64,000 nt of DNA from an uncultured delta proteobacterium (GCA_963803975.1 CAWDOY010000014.1:96001-160000), one strand, 5' to 3'. Numbered from the stretch's first letter, positions 21,673 to 30,849 are shown. Notes: generated from the sequence alone by a model not told the origin. Numbers and translations are program-made.

Positions 21673-21883
21673 ATTTGACAAAAAGTTCAATGAGGGCCGG
21701 GATATTTCCAAACACCTGGACATTGCAAAAGCGAAACGGCAAGGACGTGAACAAAAAAGAGTCAATGTGGATTTTCCTCTGTGGATGATTCAGTTATTGG
21801 ATAAAGAAGCAAGGCGTTTGGGTGTTCCGCGACAGTCCATCATAAAGGTGTGGGTAGCCGAGCGTCTTGAAAAAGCCTCTTAA
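21659..21883 (+). CDS. BrnA-like CopG/RHH antitoxin (orphan)
   Basis: MKASEFDKKF...KRVNVDFPLWMI..LDKEA.RLGV.RQSIIKVW. Confidence 0.85.
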   Translation: MKASEFDKKFNEGRDISKHLDIAKAKRQGREQKRVNVDFPLWMIQLLDKEARRLGVPRQSIIKVWVAERLEKAS

Positions 21884-21909
21884 TTTTAAAACAAAACTTC
21901 TCTTCAGAT

Positions 21910-21977
21910 AATCTCTCCCGCCAGGTCATAGGTAAGTCCACTGGTAATTTTCACCTTCACAAATGACCCGGCCGCAG
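21910..21977 (-). repeat. Direct repeat R2: copy of the rimO 3' end
   Basis: 37-nt core 21941-21977 identical to 22765-22801; reads ...TSGLTYDLAGEII* on the minus strand. Confidence 0.95.
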
Positions 21978-21999
21978 AGCTTCATATAGCTGAAAAGCC

Positions 22000-22028
22000 T
22001 TGCTTCACAAGCAAGATGACAATATAAT
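22000..22028 (+). promoter_or_regulatory. Sigma70 promoter of the nucleotidyltransferase cassette
   Basis: TTGCTT-17 nt-TATAAT. Confidence 0.55.
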
Positions 22029-22072
22029 AGAAAAAAACGAATTCAAACTTCAGGAGCACCTCGCATAGAGAT

Positions 22073-22271
22073 ATGCCCCGTCTGGATAAAACGCAACTTA
22101 CTATATCTTCCCTTGATGAATTTACGGAAGAGAAACAATATTGGCTATCCCGGGAGCAAGGCTGACCGCTTGAATGCAATCGAGATTAACCGCAGGATGA
22201 TTTATGGCACAGATCGAACTGCAGCCAGACTTCAAAGAATTCTTGAAACTGCTGAACTCTCATTGCGTTGA
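22073..22271 (+). CDS. Small partner protein of the nucleotidyltransferase (one frameshift)
   Basis: MPRLDKT...EEKQYWLSR/SKADRLNAIEINRRMIYG...RLQRILE; overlaps the NTase start. Confidence 0.55.
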
Positions 22272-22663
22272 AGTATCTTGTCGTTGGCGGATATGCTGTG
22301 GGGTATTATGGCTATCCGCGGGCCACTGGCGACATGGATATTTGGATCGCAGTAAGTGAAGTAAATGCCGAAAAGACCGCGCAGGCTACTTGCGTGAGTT
22401 TGGCATGCCGGAGAAAGCAGGCGAACTTAAAGATTTATTCACTCGAAACAGGACAAGATAATTCGAATGGGTGTTCCCCCTGTCCGGATCGAAGTAATAA
22501 CCAGGAGCCTCTGGTGTAAACTTTGAAGAATGCTATTCGCGACGAGAGGTAATAGACATAGACGACATACCGGTGAATTTCATTTCGCTCGAGGATCTAA
22601 GAGCCAACAAGCAGACCTGCGGCAGGTATAAGGATCTGGAGGATTTAAAACATCTCGCCATAA
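22204..22663 (+). CDS. DNA pol-beta-superfamily nucleotidyltransferase (TA-associated), several indels
   Basis: DFKEFLKLLN, YLVVGGYAV..YGYPRATGDMDIW and NK...GR.KDLEDL segments across frames. Confidence 0.75.
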
Positions 22664-22697
22664 CAATCGAGTCAACCCGGGCCGGCAATTCCGCTGC
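22658..22697 (+). other. 5' half of an attC-like site
   Basis: CCATAAC(AA) core overlapping the probable stop, then ...CCGGCAATTCCGCTGC, truncated before the 3' arm. Confidence 0.45.
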
Positions 22698-22724
22698 AAA
22701 AAAAGATTTACTTTTAAGCTATTC

Positions 22725-24083
22725 TCATTCAACAATCTCTCCCACCAGATCATAGGTAAGTCCGCTGGTAATTTTCACCTTCACAAATGACCCGGCCGCA
22801 GCACGACCTTCTTTTATATAGACCATCCCATCCACCTCCGGCGCCTGGAACACTGCCCTGCCCTGCAGCGCAAAGCCCTTTTTCTGCGACGGGCCTTCAA
22901 CCAGCACTTCTATTTGTTGTCCTGTCCGTGCGCGGTTTTTCTTGCGCGAGATTTTTGCCTGCAGGCTCATGATGGCGTGATAGCGCTCTTCTTTAATTTT
23001 CTCCGGAACCTTGGGCAAGAGTTTTGACGCAGGGGTTCCTTCCTCGTCCCGGTAGCGAAAAACCCCCAGGTGCTCAAATTCAAATTCAGCAACAAATTTT
23101 AAGAGGGATGAGAAGTCCCGCTTTGTCTCCCCGGGGAACCCGACCATAAAGGTGGTGCGCAGGGAAATGTCCGGCACCTTCTCCCGCAGGGCGTAGAGAA
23201 GCTTTTCAATGCGCTGCCCGGTTATCCTCCGGCCCATGCGCTTCAGAACCGGGTCGCTTATGTGCTGCAGGGGAAGATCGAGATAGCTGCAGATTTTCTG
23301 TTCTGCGGCAAGCAGGGAAATTAATGCATCAGTGATTGTCAGGGGATGGCAGTACAGAAGGCGCAGCCAGGTTATATCGGGAATGCGCACGAGCTTTTTT
23401 AACAGCGCGGCCAAATCGTCTTTTTGCCCGCGCTCCAGACCATACCGGGTTGTGTCCTGGGCAATGAGATTGATTTCCTTTACGCCCATTGCCGCAAGGT
23501 TTTTAACTTCCGCGACGATTGAGCGGGGCGTGCGGCTTACATACGGCCCGCGGATTTTGGGAATAGTGCAGTAGGTGCAGCAATGAGAGCAGCCCTCGGC
23601 AATTTTTACATACGCGGTGTAGCGGGGCGTTGCAAGAATGCGGGGCGTAGCAGGGTTTAAAAGATACGTTGCATGATCAGTAAAAATTTTTGCTTTTTGT
23701 TGTCCAGCTTCCAGTTTTTTTATGTAGCGGGCAATGTGCTGAAATTCTCCAGTGCCGATAAAAAGATCAACTTCCGGCAGCTCCTGCACAAGGCTCTCTT
23801 TATATCTCTGGGGCAGGCAGCCGCACACAACGAGATATTGGCAGGCGCCTCGTTTCTTCTCCTCGGCCAGAGATAGAATGGTTTCTATGGCCTCCCTGGT
23901 TGCCTCTTCAATAAAAGCGCAGGTGTTTACTATAATAATGTCTGCAGCTTTTCTGTCCGGAGTCAGCACATGGCCGGCCTGTACCAGAACTCCCTGGATG
24001 ACTTCGCTGTCGACCAGGTTTTTCGCGCATCCCAGGCTCACCAGATAAACGGAGCGGCTCGCGAGAGCAGGGTTTAATTCCAC
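22725..24083 (-). CDS. rimO: Ribosomal protein S12 methylthiotransferase RimO
   Basis: SLGCAKNLVDSE, KIAEGCSHCCTYC, APEVDG and C-terminal TRAM domain ending YDLVG. Confidence 0.96.
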   Translation of the reverse strand: MELNPALASRSVYLVSLGCAKNLVDSEVIQGVLVQAGHVLTPDRKAADIIIVNTCAFIEEATREAIETILSLAEEKKRGACQYLVVCGCLPQRYKESLVQELPEVDLFIGTGEFQHIARYIKKLEAGQQKAKIFTDHATYLLNPATPRILATPRYTAYVKIAEGCSHCCTYCTIPKIRGPYVSRTPRSIVAEVKNLAAMGVKEINLIAQDTTRYGLERGQKDDLAALLKKLVRIPDITWLRLLYCHPLTITDALISLLAAEQKICSYLDLPLQHISDPVLKRMGRRITGQRIEKLLYALREKVPDISLRTTFMVGFPGETKRDFSSLLKFVAEFEFEHLGVFRYRDEEGTPASKLLPKVPEKIKEERYHAIMSLQAKISRKKNRARTGQQIEVLVEGPSQKKGFALQGRAVFQAPEVDGMVYIKEGRAAAGSFVKVKITSGLTYDLVGEIVE

Positions 24084-25048
24084 GAATCTCCTTTTTCAAA
24101 GTCCGGCAGAAACTCGCCGTTTATCTCTTCGTATTCCTGCAGCCAGCCGTTCTCAAAACCCAGTGCTGTCAAGGTTTCGATGGCGCGCTCATATTCCTCA
24201 GGGGAGGTTCTTTTGCTTATCTCTTTATGCTGGTGAGCTTTATGCGCGGGCAGATACTGGCACATAAGGCTGATATGCACATCAGCGCCAAGATGAGATT
24301 TAATTCTCTCCAGCACCTCTTGCGTGCCGGCGATATTTTCCGGAAGCACCAGGTGCCGGATGATAAGCCCGCGCACGGCAATGCCGTGTTCATCTAACAC
24401 CAGGGGGCCGACCTGGGCATACATTTCCTTGAGCGCCGCCAGGTTAATTTGAGAGTAATCTTTTGCCTGCGAATATTTTTTAGCCAGGGCATCATTAGCA
24501 TATTTTGCGTCAGGAAGATATATATCAACGACTCCCGAGAGCAGCTTCAGGGTTTCAAGTGATTCATAGCCGTTTGAATTATAGACCAGAGGAAGCGATA
24601 GCCCTTCAGCGGCTGCAATGCAGAGGGCCTCTACGATGTGCGGCAGGAAGTGCGTCGGCGAGACGAGGCTGATATTGTGGCACCCCGCTTTCTGCAGGGA
24701 AAGCATCTTCTGCGCAAGCGCTTCAACGGTGAGCTTTTCACCGAGACCTTCCTGGCTGATCTGATAATTCTGACAGAAGCAGCACGTGAGATGGCAGTGG
24801 CTGAAAAAAATGGTGCCCGCGCCCCGGGTACCCGACAGAACCGGCTCTTCACCAAAATGAGCAAGTGCTTTAGCGACCTTCAATTCACCGGGTGCCTGAC
24901 ACTTTCCGCGCTGACCGCTGGTGCGGTCAGCGCCGCATTGCCAGGGGCAGAGCCGGCATGAGGAAAACAGCTGCCATAACAGCTCAGCACGCTTGCGCAG
25001 GATTCCCGCGTCATGAAGTTGTTTATAGCCGGGTAATGTGGTATACAT
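24074..25048 (-). CDS. Radical SAM protein (PflX-like activating enzyme family)
   Basis: CRLCPWQC, HFGEEP, CHLTCCFCQN and IRHLVLP motifs. Confidence 0.85.
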   Translation of the reverse strand: MYTTLPGYKQLHDAGILRKRAELLWQLFSSCRLCPWQCGADRTSGQRGKCQAPGELKVAKALAHFGEEPVLSGTRGAGTIFFSHCHLTCCFCQNYQISQEGLGEKLTVEALAQKMLSLQKAGCHNISLVSPTHFLPHIVEALCIAAAEGLSLPLVYNSNGYESLETLKLLSGVVDIYLPDAKYANDALAKKYSQAKDYSQINLAALKEMYAQVGPLVLDEHGIAVRGLIIRHLVLPENIAGTQEVLERIKSHLGADVHISLMCQYLPAHKAHQHKEISKRTSPEEYERAIETLTALGFENGWLQEYEEINGEFLPDFEKGDSWN

Positions 25049-25176
25049 AAAAAAATTATAGGTGCCAGAGCACCTGATGTCAATTCTGAAAACAGCAATA
25101 CCGTGCCGACGGGCTTTTTCGCTTCCAAATAACGGCGCGTAAGCACAGCACCCAACCGCCCCTTAATTGTTTCTTT

Positions 25177-26034
25177 ATGAGCTATCGGATTATAGTATTA
25201 GTAAAGCAGGTGCCGGATACCAAAGCAATTTCTTCTAAGGCGATGAATCCGGACGGTACCCTCAATAGAAGCGCACTCCCGGCCATCTTTAATCCGGAAG
25301 ATTTGCATGCCCTGGAAGCAGGATTACAGCTCAGGGAGCGCTACGGGGGAATAGTTACCGTCATCACCATGGGGCCTCCGTCAGCAGCAGAGGTGCTCAG
25401 AGAGTCTCTCTACCGGGGAGCAGACGAAGTAATTCTCTTAACCGACCGTCAGTTTGCCGGCTCTGATACCCTTGCCACCTCTTATATATTAAGCCGGGCC
25501 ATCAGCAAGACCGGGCACTATGATATTATTTTATGCGGTCGGCAGGCAATAGATGGGAATACTGCACAGGTGGGTCCCCAGGTTGCGGAAAAGCTCGGGC
25601 TGCCGCAGATAACCTCTGTTGAAGAAATAGTACAAATTGACAGCGGAAAAATCTCGGCCTGGAAAGTGGTAGAACGGGGTAAGGAGCTTTTAGAAGTTCC
25701 CCTGCCTGCGGTTCTCACCGTTGTTGACACTGCCGGCAAACCCCGGCCTCCGTCAGCAAAAAAAATCATGCGCTTTAAAAAAGTAAAAGCATTCGGAGAG
25801 GCAACGCCCGAAGAGGCGCAGGCATTAAAAGAACGGGGACTGCTTATTCGAGAATGGAATGCAGAGCAGATAGGCGCCGATCTTTCCCGGTGCGGGATTC
25901 AAGGCTCACCAACGAAAGTACAGAAGATTAAAAAAGTAGTACTGAAGGCAAAAGACATTAAACAGTATGCGGCAACAGATGAGAGCCTCTCGCAGTTGTT
26001 GCAGGAGCTGATACAGGAGCATACGTTTGATTGA
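25177..26034 (+). CDS. etfB: Electron transfer flavoprotein beta subunit
   Basis: VKQVPDT, AGSDTLATS, GRQAIDGNTAQVGP and GSPT motifs. Confidence 0.95.
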   Translation: MSYRIIVLVKQVPDTKAISSKAMNPDGTLNRSALPAIFNPEDLHALEAGLQLRERYGGIVTVITMGPPSAAEVLRESLYRGADEVILLTDRQFAGSDTLATSYILSRAISKTGHYDIILCGRQAIDGNTAQVGPQVAEKLGLPQITSVEEIVQIDSGKISAWKVVERGKELLEVPLPAVLTVVDTAGKPRPPSAKKIMRFKKVKAFGEATPEEAQALKERGLLIREWNAEQIGADLSRCGIQGSPTKVQKIKKVVLKAKDIKQYAATDESLSQLLQELIQEHTFD

Positions 26035-26124
26035 TTGGGGAAGCAGACAGGTGTTGGCGAGAAGGTTATAGAAGCAGCGACTATCTGCGCAGATCAGCGT
26101 CCAAATAAAATTATTTTAAAAAGC

Positions 26125-27147
26125 ATGAAAACAGACGGCGAAGTCTGGGTATATATCCAGCGGCAGGGCCAAGAGATAGCAGAAGCATCACTGGAAATTT
26201 TCAGCAAGGGAAAAGACCTGGCCAAACAGTTGGCGGTCCCGGTTGCAGCGGTGGTTCTGGGAGCTGAAGCGCAGCAGGTTGCTGAAACCATGTCACGCTA
26301 CGGAGCGCACAAGGTCTATCTCCTGCAGGCCCCGCAGTTTGAACAGTATACCACACTCCCGCAGGCACGGGCTATTACCCGACTGGTTAAACAGTACCAG
26401 CCCGCTATTTTTCTGCTTGCTGCAACACCCCAGGGCCGGGACCTTGCTCCACGGCTTGCCTCAGCCCTTGGCGTCGGGCTGACCGCAGACTGCACTGACC
26501 TCAGGATCGGCACTTATGCTGACCCCAAAACGAAACAGAAGCATGCCAATCTGCTGCTGCAGATCAGGCCGGCCTGGGGCGGGAACCTCATCGCCACTAT
26601 CGTCAATCCGGAAACACGGCCGCAGATGGCAACGGTTCGCGAGGGCATTATGCGGCTTCCCGAACAGCAGAACAGCGGCACAGCTGAAATTATTACTATC
26701 CCGTCCAATGTCAGCAGCGAAGACCTCCTCCCCCGGATTATAGGCCAGCAGATAACTGAGCGGAGAGTTAATTTAAAACAGGCTAAAATAATAGTTTCCG
26801 GAGGAGCCGGCGTCGGGACCAAAGAGAAATTTCACCTCATTCACCAGCTGGCCCAGGTGCTGGGAGCGGAAGTTGGCGCAACCCGGGCAGCAGTAGATGC
26901 CGGTTTCATAGACCACGACCATCAGGTCGGGCAGACCGGAACCACGGTACGACCAAAGCTCTATATTGCCTGCGGCATCTCTGGAACGATACAGCATTTG
27001 GCCGGCATGGAAGAATCCGGGAAAATACTGGCCATTAACACCGATGCCGAAGCCCCGATTTTCAGCGTTGCGCACTATGGCATAGTGGGTGACCTGCAAG
27101 ACGTTATTCCGGCATTGATACGATTATATAAAGCCCAGCGACCGTAG
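26125..27147 (+). CDS. etfA: Electron transfer flavoprotein alpha subunit
   Basis: GLTADCT, RPQMATVR and QVGQTG..VRPKLYIACGISG motifs; ATG at 26125 preferred. Confidence 0.95.
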   Translation: MKTDGEVWVYIQRQGQEIAEASLEIFSKGKDLAKQLAVPVAAVVLGAEAQQVAETMSRYGAHKVYLLQAPQFEQYTTLPQARAITRLVKQYQPAIFLLAATPQGRDLAPRLASALGVGLTADCTDLRIGTYADPKTKQKHANLLLQIRPAWGGNLIATIVNPETRPQMATVREGIMRLPEQQNSGTAEIITIPSNVSSEDLLPRIIGQQITERRVNLKQAKIIVSGGAGVGTKEKFHLIHQLAQVLGAEVGATRAAVDAGFIDHDHQVGQTGTTVRPKLYIACGISGTIQHLAGMEESGKILAINTDAEAPIFSVAHYGIVGDLQDVIPALIRLYKAQRP

Positions 27148-27153
27148 GGAGCC

Positions 27154-28884
27154 ATGAACTATTTTACTGATAATGAGGACCTGCAATTTATATTGGACAC
27201 CAGCGATCTTGCCGGAATAATAGAGATGCAGGAGCGCGGCTTTAGGGAAAAAGAGACGTATGATTATGCCCCGGCAGATATTGAGGATGCGCTTGACAGC
27301 TACAGAAAAATTCTGACCATCGCCGGCGATATTGCGGCCAATACCATCGCACCGCTCGGCGAGCGGATAGACCGGGAACCGAATAGTTTAGCGCAGGGCA
27401 AAGTCACCTATTCCCAGCCCATTAAAGACTGCCTGCGCGCACTCTCGCAGGCAGAGCTTATGGGCTGCGTCATCTCGCGGCAATACGGCGGACTGAACCT
27501 GCCCAATTTCATATTCACCATGCTGGTCGAGATCATATCCTGTGGTGATGCCAGCATCCAGAACATCTTTGGCCTGCAGGGCATTGCTGCTATTATTGAA
27601 ACATTTGGCGATGAAGGCACAAAGGCCCGTTATCTGCCCCTGCTTACGTCGGGCGCAGCCACCGGCGCTATGGCGCTTACTGAAGCAGAGGCAGGAAGCG
27701 ACCTGCAGAACATTAAAGCAAAAGCAGAGCAGGCAGCTGACGGCACGTGGAGGATCTCCGGCGTTAAGCGTTTTATAACCAACGGGAACGCAGACATTAT
27801 TCTGGTTCTTGCCCGCTCTGAGCCGGGCACTATTGATGGCCTGGGATTAAGCCTTTTTCTGTGTGAAGGCGATGATACCGTAGTTGTACGCCGGCTTGAG
27901 GATAAGCTCGGCATTCATGGATCCCCTACCTGTGAGCTGCAATTCACCGGCACCAGGGCCATTCTCATCGGTGAGCGGCAACGGGGTCTTGTTACCTATG
28001 TGCTGGCTCTTCTCAATGGTGCGCGGGTAGCAACGGCAGCCCAGGCAGTAGGCATTGCCCAGGCAGCATTTACTGCAGCTCGCAGCTTTGCCCACAGCAG
28101 AAAACAGTATGGACGAAGAATCGAAACTCTGCCGCCGGTAGCAGAGATGCTCACCAGCATGAAGATTGCAATTGAAGCCTCCCGGGCGCTTACCGGTGAA
28201 ACGGCCCGGATCCTTGATCTTTCGCAACTGACCGCGCAGCGGCTTGCAGCAGAAGACCTTGATAACAATACCAAAAAAGAGCTGCGCAAGGAGGCAAAGC
28301 AGCTTGAAAGGCTTACCATGCTGCTTACCTCTCTGGCCAAGTACTATACTTCCGAGATGAGTGTCTGGGTAACACGGGATGCACTGCAGGTGCTGGGCGG
28401 AAGCGGCTATATGAGAGATTACCCGGTTGAGCGGTATTACCGCGACGCCCGCATCACCACTATCTATGAGGGAACGTCGCAGCTGCAGGTTCAGGGCGCT
28501 TTCAGGGGCATACTCAGCGGCACCCTGGAAAAATATTTTGCAGACCTGAGCGTGCAGGGATTTCCTCGCCCTCAGGCCAGCCTGGTAAAAAAGCTGGAGC
28601 GCTGGAGAAAAACCCTTGCCCGTTCTGTTGAGCAGCTCAACCGCAAAAAAGACGCGCAGCTGCTTGAGTTGTATGCGCGGCCGGTAGTGGATATGGGTGT
28701 TGAAATTCTCATGGGATACCTGTTGTTAAGACAAGCGCAGGCGTCTTCCCGCAAATTGAAGATAACAAAAATGTATCTTAACGAACGAGCACCCTTGATA
28801 GGGATGCGGGCTGACATTATCAGGCACGGCAGCAAGCACTGCATAAAAGACTATGAACTTATCGTCGGAGCGGCAGTTATATAG
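27154..28884 (+). CDS. Acyl-CoA dehydrogenase
   Basis: MALTEAEAGSDL, KLGIHGSPTCEL, QVLGGSGY and IYEGTSQLQ motifs. Confidence 0.93.
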   Translation: MNYFTDNEDLQFILDTSDLAGIIEMQERGFREKETYDYAPADIEDALDSYRKILTIAGDIAANTIAPLGERIDREPNSLAQGKVTYSQPIKDCLRALSQAELMGCVISRQYGGLNLPNFIFTMLVEIISCGDASIQNIFGLQGIAAIIETFGDEGTKARYLPLLTSGAATGAMALTEAEAGSDLQNIKAKAEQAADGTWRISGVKRFITNGNADIILVLARSEPGTIDGLGLSLFLCEGDDTVVVRRLEDKLGIHGSPTCELQFTGTRAILIGERQRGLVTYVLALLNGARVATAAQAVGIAQAAFTAARSFAHSRKQYGRRIETLPPVAEMLTSMKIAIEASRALTGETARILDLSQLTAQRLAAEDLDNNTKKELRKEAKQLERLTMLLTSLAKYYTSEMSVWVTRDALQVLGGSGYMRDYPVERYYRDARITTIYEGTSQLQVQGAFRGILSGTLEKYFADLSVQGFPRPQASLVKKLERWRKTLARSVEQLNRKKDAQLLELYARPVVDMGVEILMGYLLLRQAQASSRKLKITKMYLNERAPLIGMRADIIRHGSKHCIKDYELIVGAAVI

Positions 28885-29116
28885 CTTCTCTGATTAGCAC
28901 GGCAGGCCTCTTTAACAAGGCTGCGGCGCGGGAAGCGGCGTTAAGGCCGGGCTTTTGTCGCAGGCGGGATATTGACAGAGCGGGTTTTTTTAGTTAACAA
29001 ATTAAGAGTGAGCGCGCGCAGGAGCGTGTAATGGTTAGCCGTAACAGGACCGGCAGGCGCTAAGGCGGCACGGCACCATGGTCAGCAATGCAGTACGGCA
29101 GTGGTAAGGATACAGA

Positions 29117-29497
29117 ATGAATTTAATGACTTTTGAAGAGATGAAAAAAAGGTATGGAGGCGGAGAGGATTCTCTGGAACTTACCATCGAAAAATGGGCC
29201 CGCATCAAGCAGTTTTCAAACAAAGCTTTTCTCATCAGCCACTATCAGGATATACTGCGGGCAGCAGTAGTGCCCATTTTTCTTTGCACGGAATACGTTA
29301 ATCAATGCACCCTGTGTCCAATTTATGAAGTATGTCAACAGGGCCGATCAGATGAATGGATAACCGTAATGAGGGTAATCCAGGCGTATGCTATCGCGGG
29401 AGATCTTCTGCCCAAAGAGCCGTTCACGGGACACATCGAACAATTTCTGGGGAAAATTAATACGTGTCGAGAAGAAGCTGTGGTAAAGGCACATTAG
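29117..29497 (+). CDS. Hypothetical Cys-cluster protein
   Basis: 126 aa with LCTEYVNQCTLCPIYEVC; AAGGA RBS. Confidence 0.7.
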   Translation: MNLMTFEEMKKRYGGGEDSLELTIEKWARIKQFSNKAFLISHYQDILRAAVVPIFLCTEYVNQCTLCPIYEVCQQGRSDEWITVMRVIQAYAIAGDLLPKEPFTGHIEQFLGKINTCREEAVVKAH

Positions 29498-29597
29498 GAG
29501 CCGCTGGCATACGTTCTGCTCGGGCTGATGAACACAGGCAGCAGGTACCCAACGCGGTTGACCAACAACGCACCAACACGGTTTCTTGAAATAATCA

Positions 29598-29822
29598 ATG
29601 AGCGGGAAAACAGAATTAGCTAAACTGAAGAAACAACGCAAAGCAGATGAACTGGAGAACCTCTTTGACCAGTTTGATGAACAGCTGCATGCATTTGAAG
29701 AAAAAATTACCACGATTAAAAAAAGCATGGAACAGTTTGAAGCAAAAAAGATACTGGATGAAAATAATGTAGAAGAAGAAAAAATAGAAGCCCTTCACGA
29801 AGACGTAATAAGCCCCGGCTGA
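29598..29822 (+). CDS. Small coiled-coil hypothetical protein
   Basis: 74 aa, charged and helical. Confidence 0.6.
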   Translation: MSGKTELAKLKKQRKADELENLFDQFDEQLHAFEEKITTIKKSMEQFEAKKILDENNVEEEKIEALHEDVISPG

Positions 29823-29923
29823 TTTTAACGCAGCAAAAGCCAATAATAAACCACCCACAACGACTCTCCCCCGGTTCCCTGGCAACCGTCGTCATCCTCC
29901 AAAACCATGATCAACAATTAAAT

Positions 29924-29971
29924 TTACAACATATGGTATTTTTTATTGACAAACCATACTATATTTAGTAA
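29924..29971 (+). promoter_or_regulatory. Tandem NrdR boxes flanking a -35 element
   Basis: TTACAACATATGGTAT (29924) and ATACTATATTTAGTAA (29956), 32 bp apart, match acaCwAtATaTwGtgt; TTGACA at 29946. Confidence 0.7.
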
Positions 29972-30075
29972 ACAGCAAAATAACCGCAGGGTTAAAAAGA
30001 CAAAAAACAGTTAGGCAGGGGATTTTATTAAATCAGGAAAAATTAATTTAATTAAATGAAAAGGAGGGAAAAAGT

Positions 30076-30282
30076 ATGCCCGAGATACTGACCCCAAAAG
30101 AAGTCGCACATTATCTTAAAATGTCTGTGTTAACCGTTTACAAGCATGCAAAGGAAGGGGTTATTCCAGGCTTTAGAGTGGGGAATTCCTGGCGCTTTGA
30201 TAAAACCAAAATAGATGACCTGTTGATTGGTTCTCAAGGAAAAGAGGAATTAGCAGGACTGAGAAGCGCAACCATGAGATAG
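30076..30282 (+). CDS. Excisionase/BldC-like HTH_17 DNA-binding protein
   Basis: ILTPKEVAHYLKMS..TVY...EG.IPGFRVGNSWRF; AAGGAGG RBS. Confidence 0.88.
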   Translation: MPEILTPKEVAHYLKMSVLTVYKHAKEGVIPGFRVGNSWRFDKTKIDDLLIGSQGKEELAGLRSATMR

Positions 30283-30298
30283 CGGTAAAAACCGCCTC

Positions 30299-30503
30299 TG
30301 CCGGGCAAGAAACCAGCACCTGCAAGCGGACCCGGTTTCTACCGGGGGAAGTCGTATCCCCTGAAGCGTTACCATGTACAGGGCACAGACTTGGTCCTCA
30401 GCGGGAAACCCGGAACACAGCGTCAAGAAGCTGCCGTTATATGAGACGGTATCTGCAACGCAGATGATTAATGTATCTCTATATAAGAGAGCCTTGCCCG
30501 ACA
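30299..30503. ncRNA. Candidate structured RNA (multi-branched)
   Basis: 11-nt closing helix (30299-30309 with 30493-30503) enclosing at least seven hairpins; family not recognised. Confidence 0.5.
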
Positions 30504-30537
30504 ACGGACAAAAACAGGATTCAAAGGAAGGATAGAA

Positions 30538-30729
30538 ATGGCTCAGCTACGTAAAACAGCACCAATAAGCGATGAAGCAATAAGAGAGGATATCTGCAGC
30601 ACGCTGAGAATGTGGGATCAGTTTAATAAAATGGAAAAAGAAAAACAGGAGAGCCTGGTTGAATACTTGTTTGAATCATATGGGCATCTGTATCGTGCAG
30701 ATAATATAAGGATTGAAAAGACCCAATAA
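30538..30729 (+). CDS. Small hypothetical protein
   Basis: 63-aa ORF with AGGAAGGA RBS. Confidence 0.6.
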   Translation: MAQLRKTAPISDEAIREDICSTLRMWDQFNKMEKEKQESLVEYLFESYGHLYRADNIRIEKTQ

Positions 30730-30849
30730 GGGCTGCAGGCAACAGCAGCGCAGGGGTGCACAATTTAAATTAAACATATGCGGACGGTCTTTTACAGTAA
30801 TACCCCGCATCGGGCAGCATTGTTAATCAAGGGCAGGTTAAAGATAACG

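Noticed and set aside
20846..22802. CRISPR array interpretation of the 37-nt repeats
   Set aside because: The spacers are 0.8-1 kb and gene-bearing, the repeat is rimO coding sequence, and there are no cas genes.
30076..30282. Prophage or ICE excisionase
   Set aside because: No integrase, att sites or phage genes nearby; more likely a chromosomal regulator.
30299..30503. Retron msr-msd, 6S RNA or c-di-GMP riboswitch
   Set aside because: No RT nearby; many short hairpins rather than the 6S rod; no convincing GEMM consensus.
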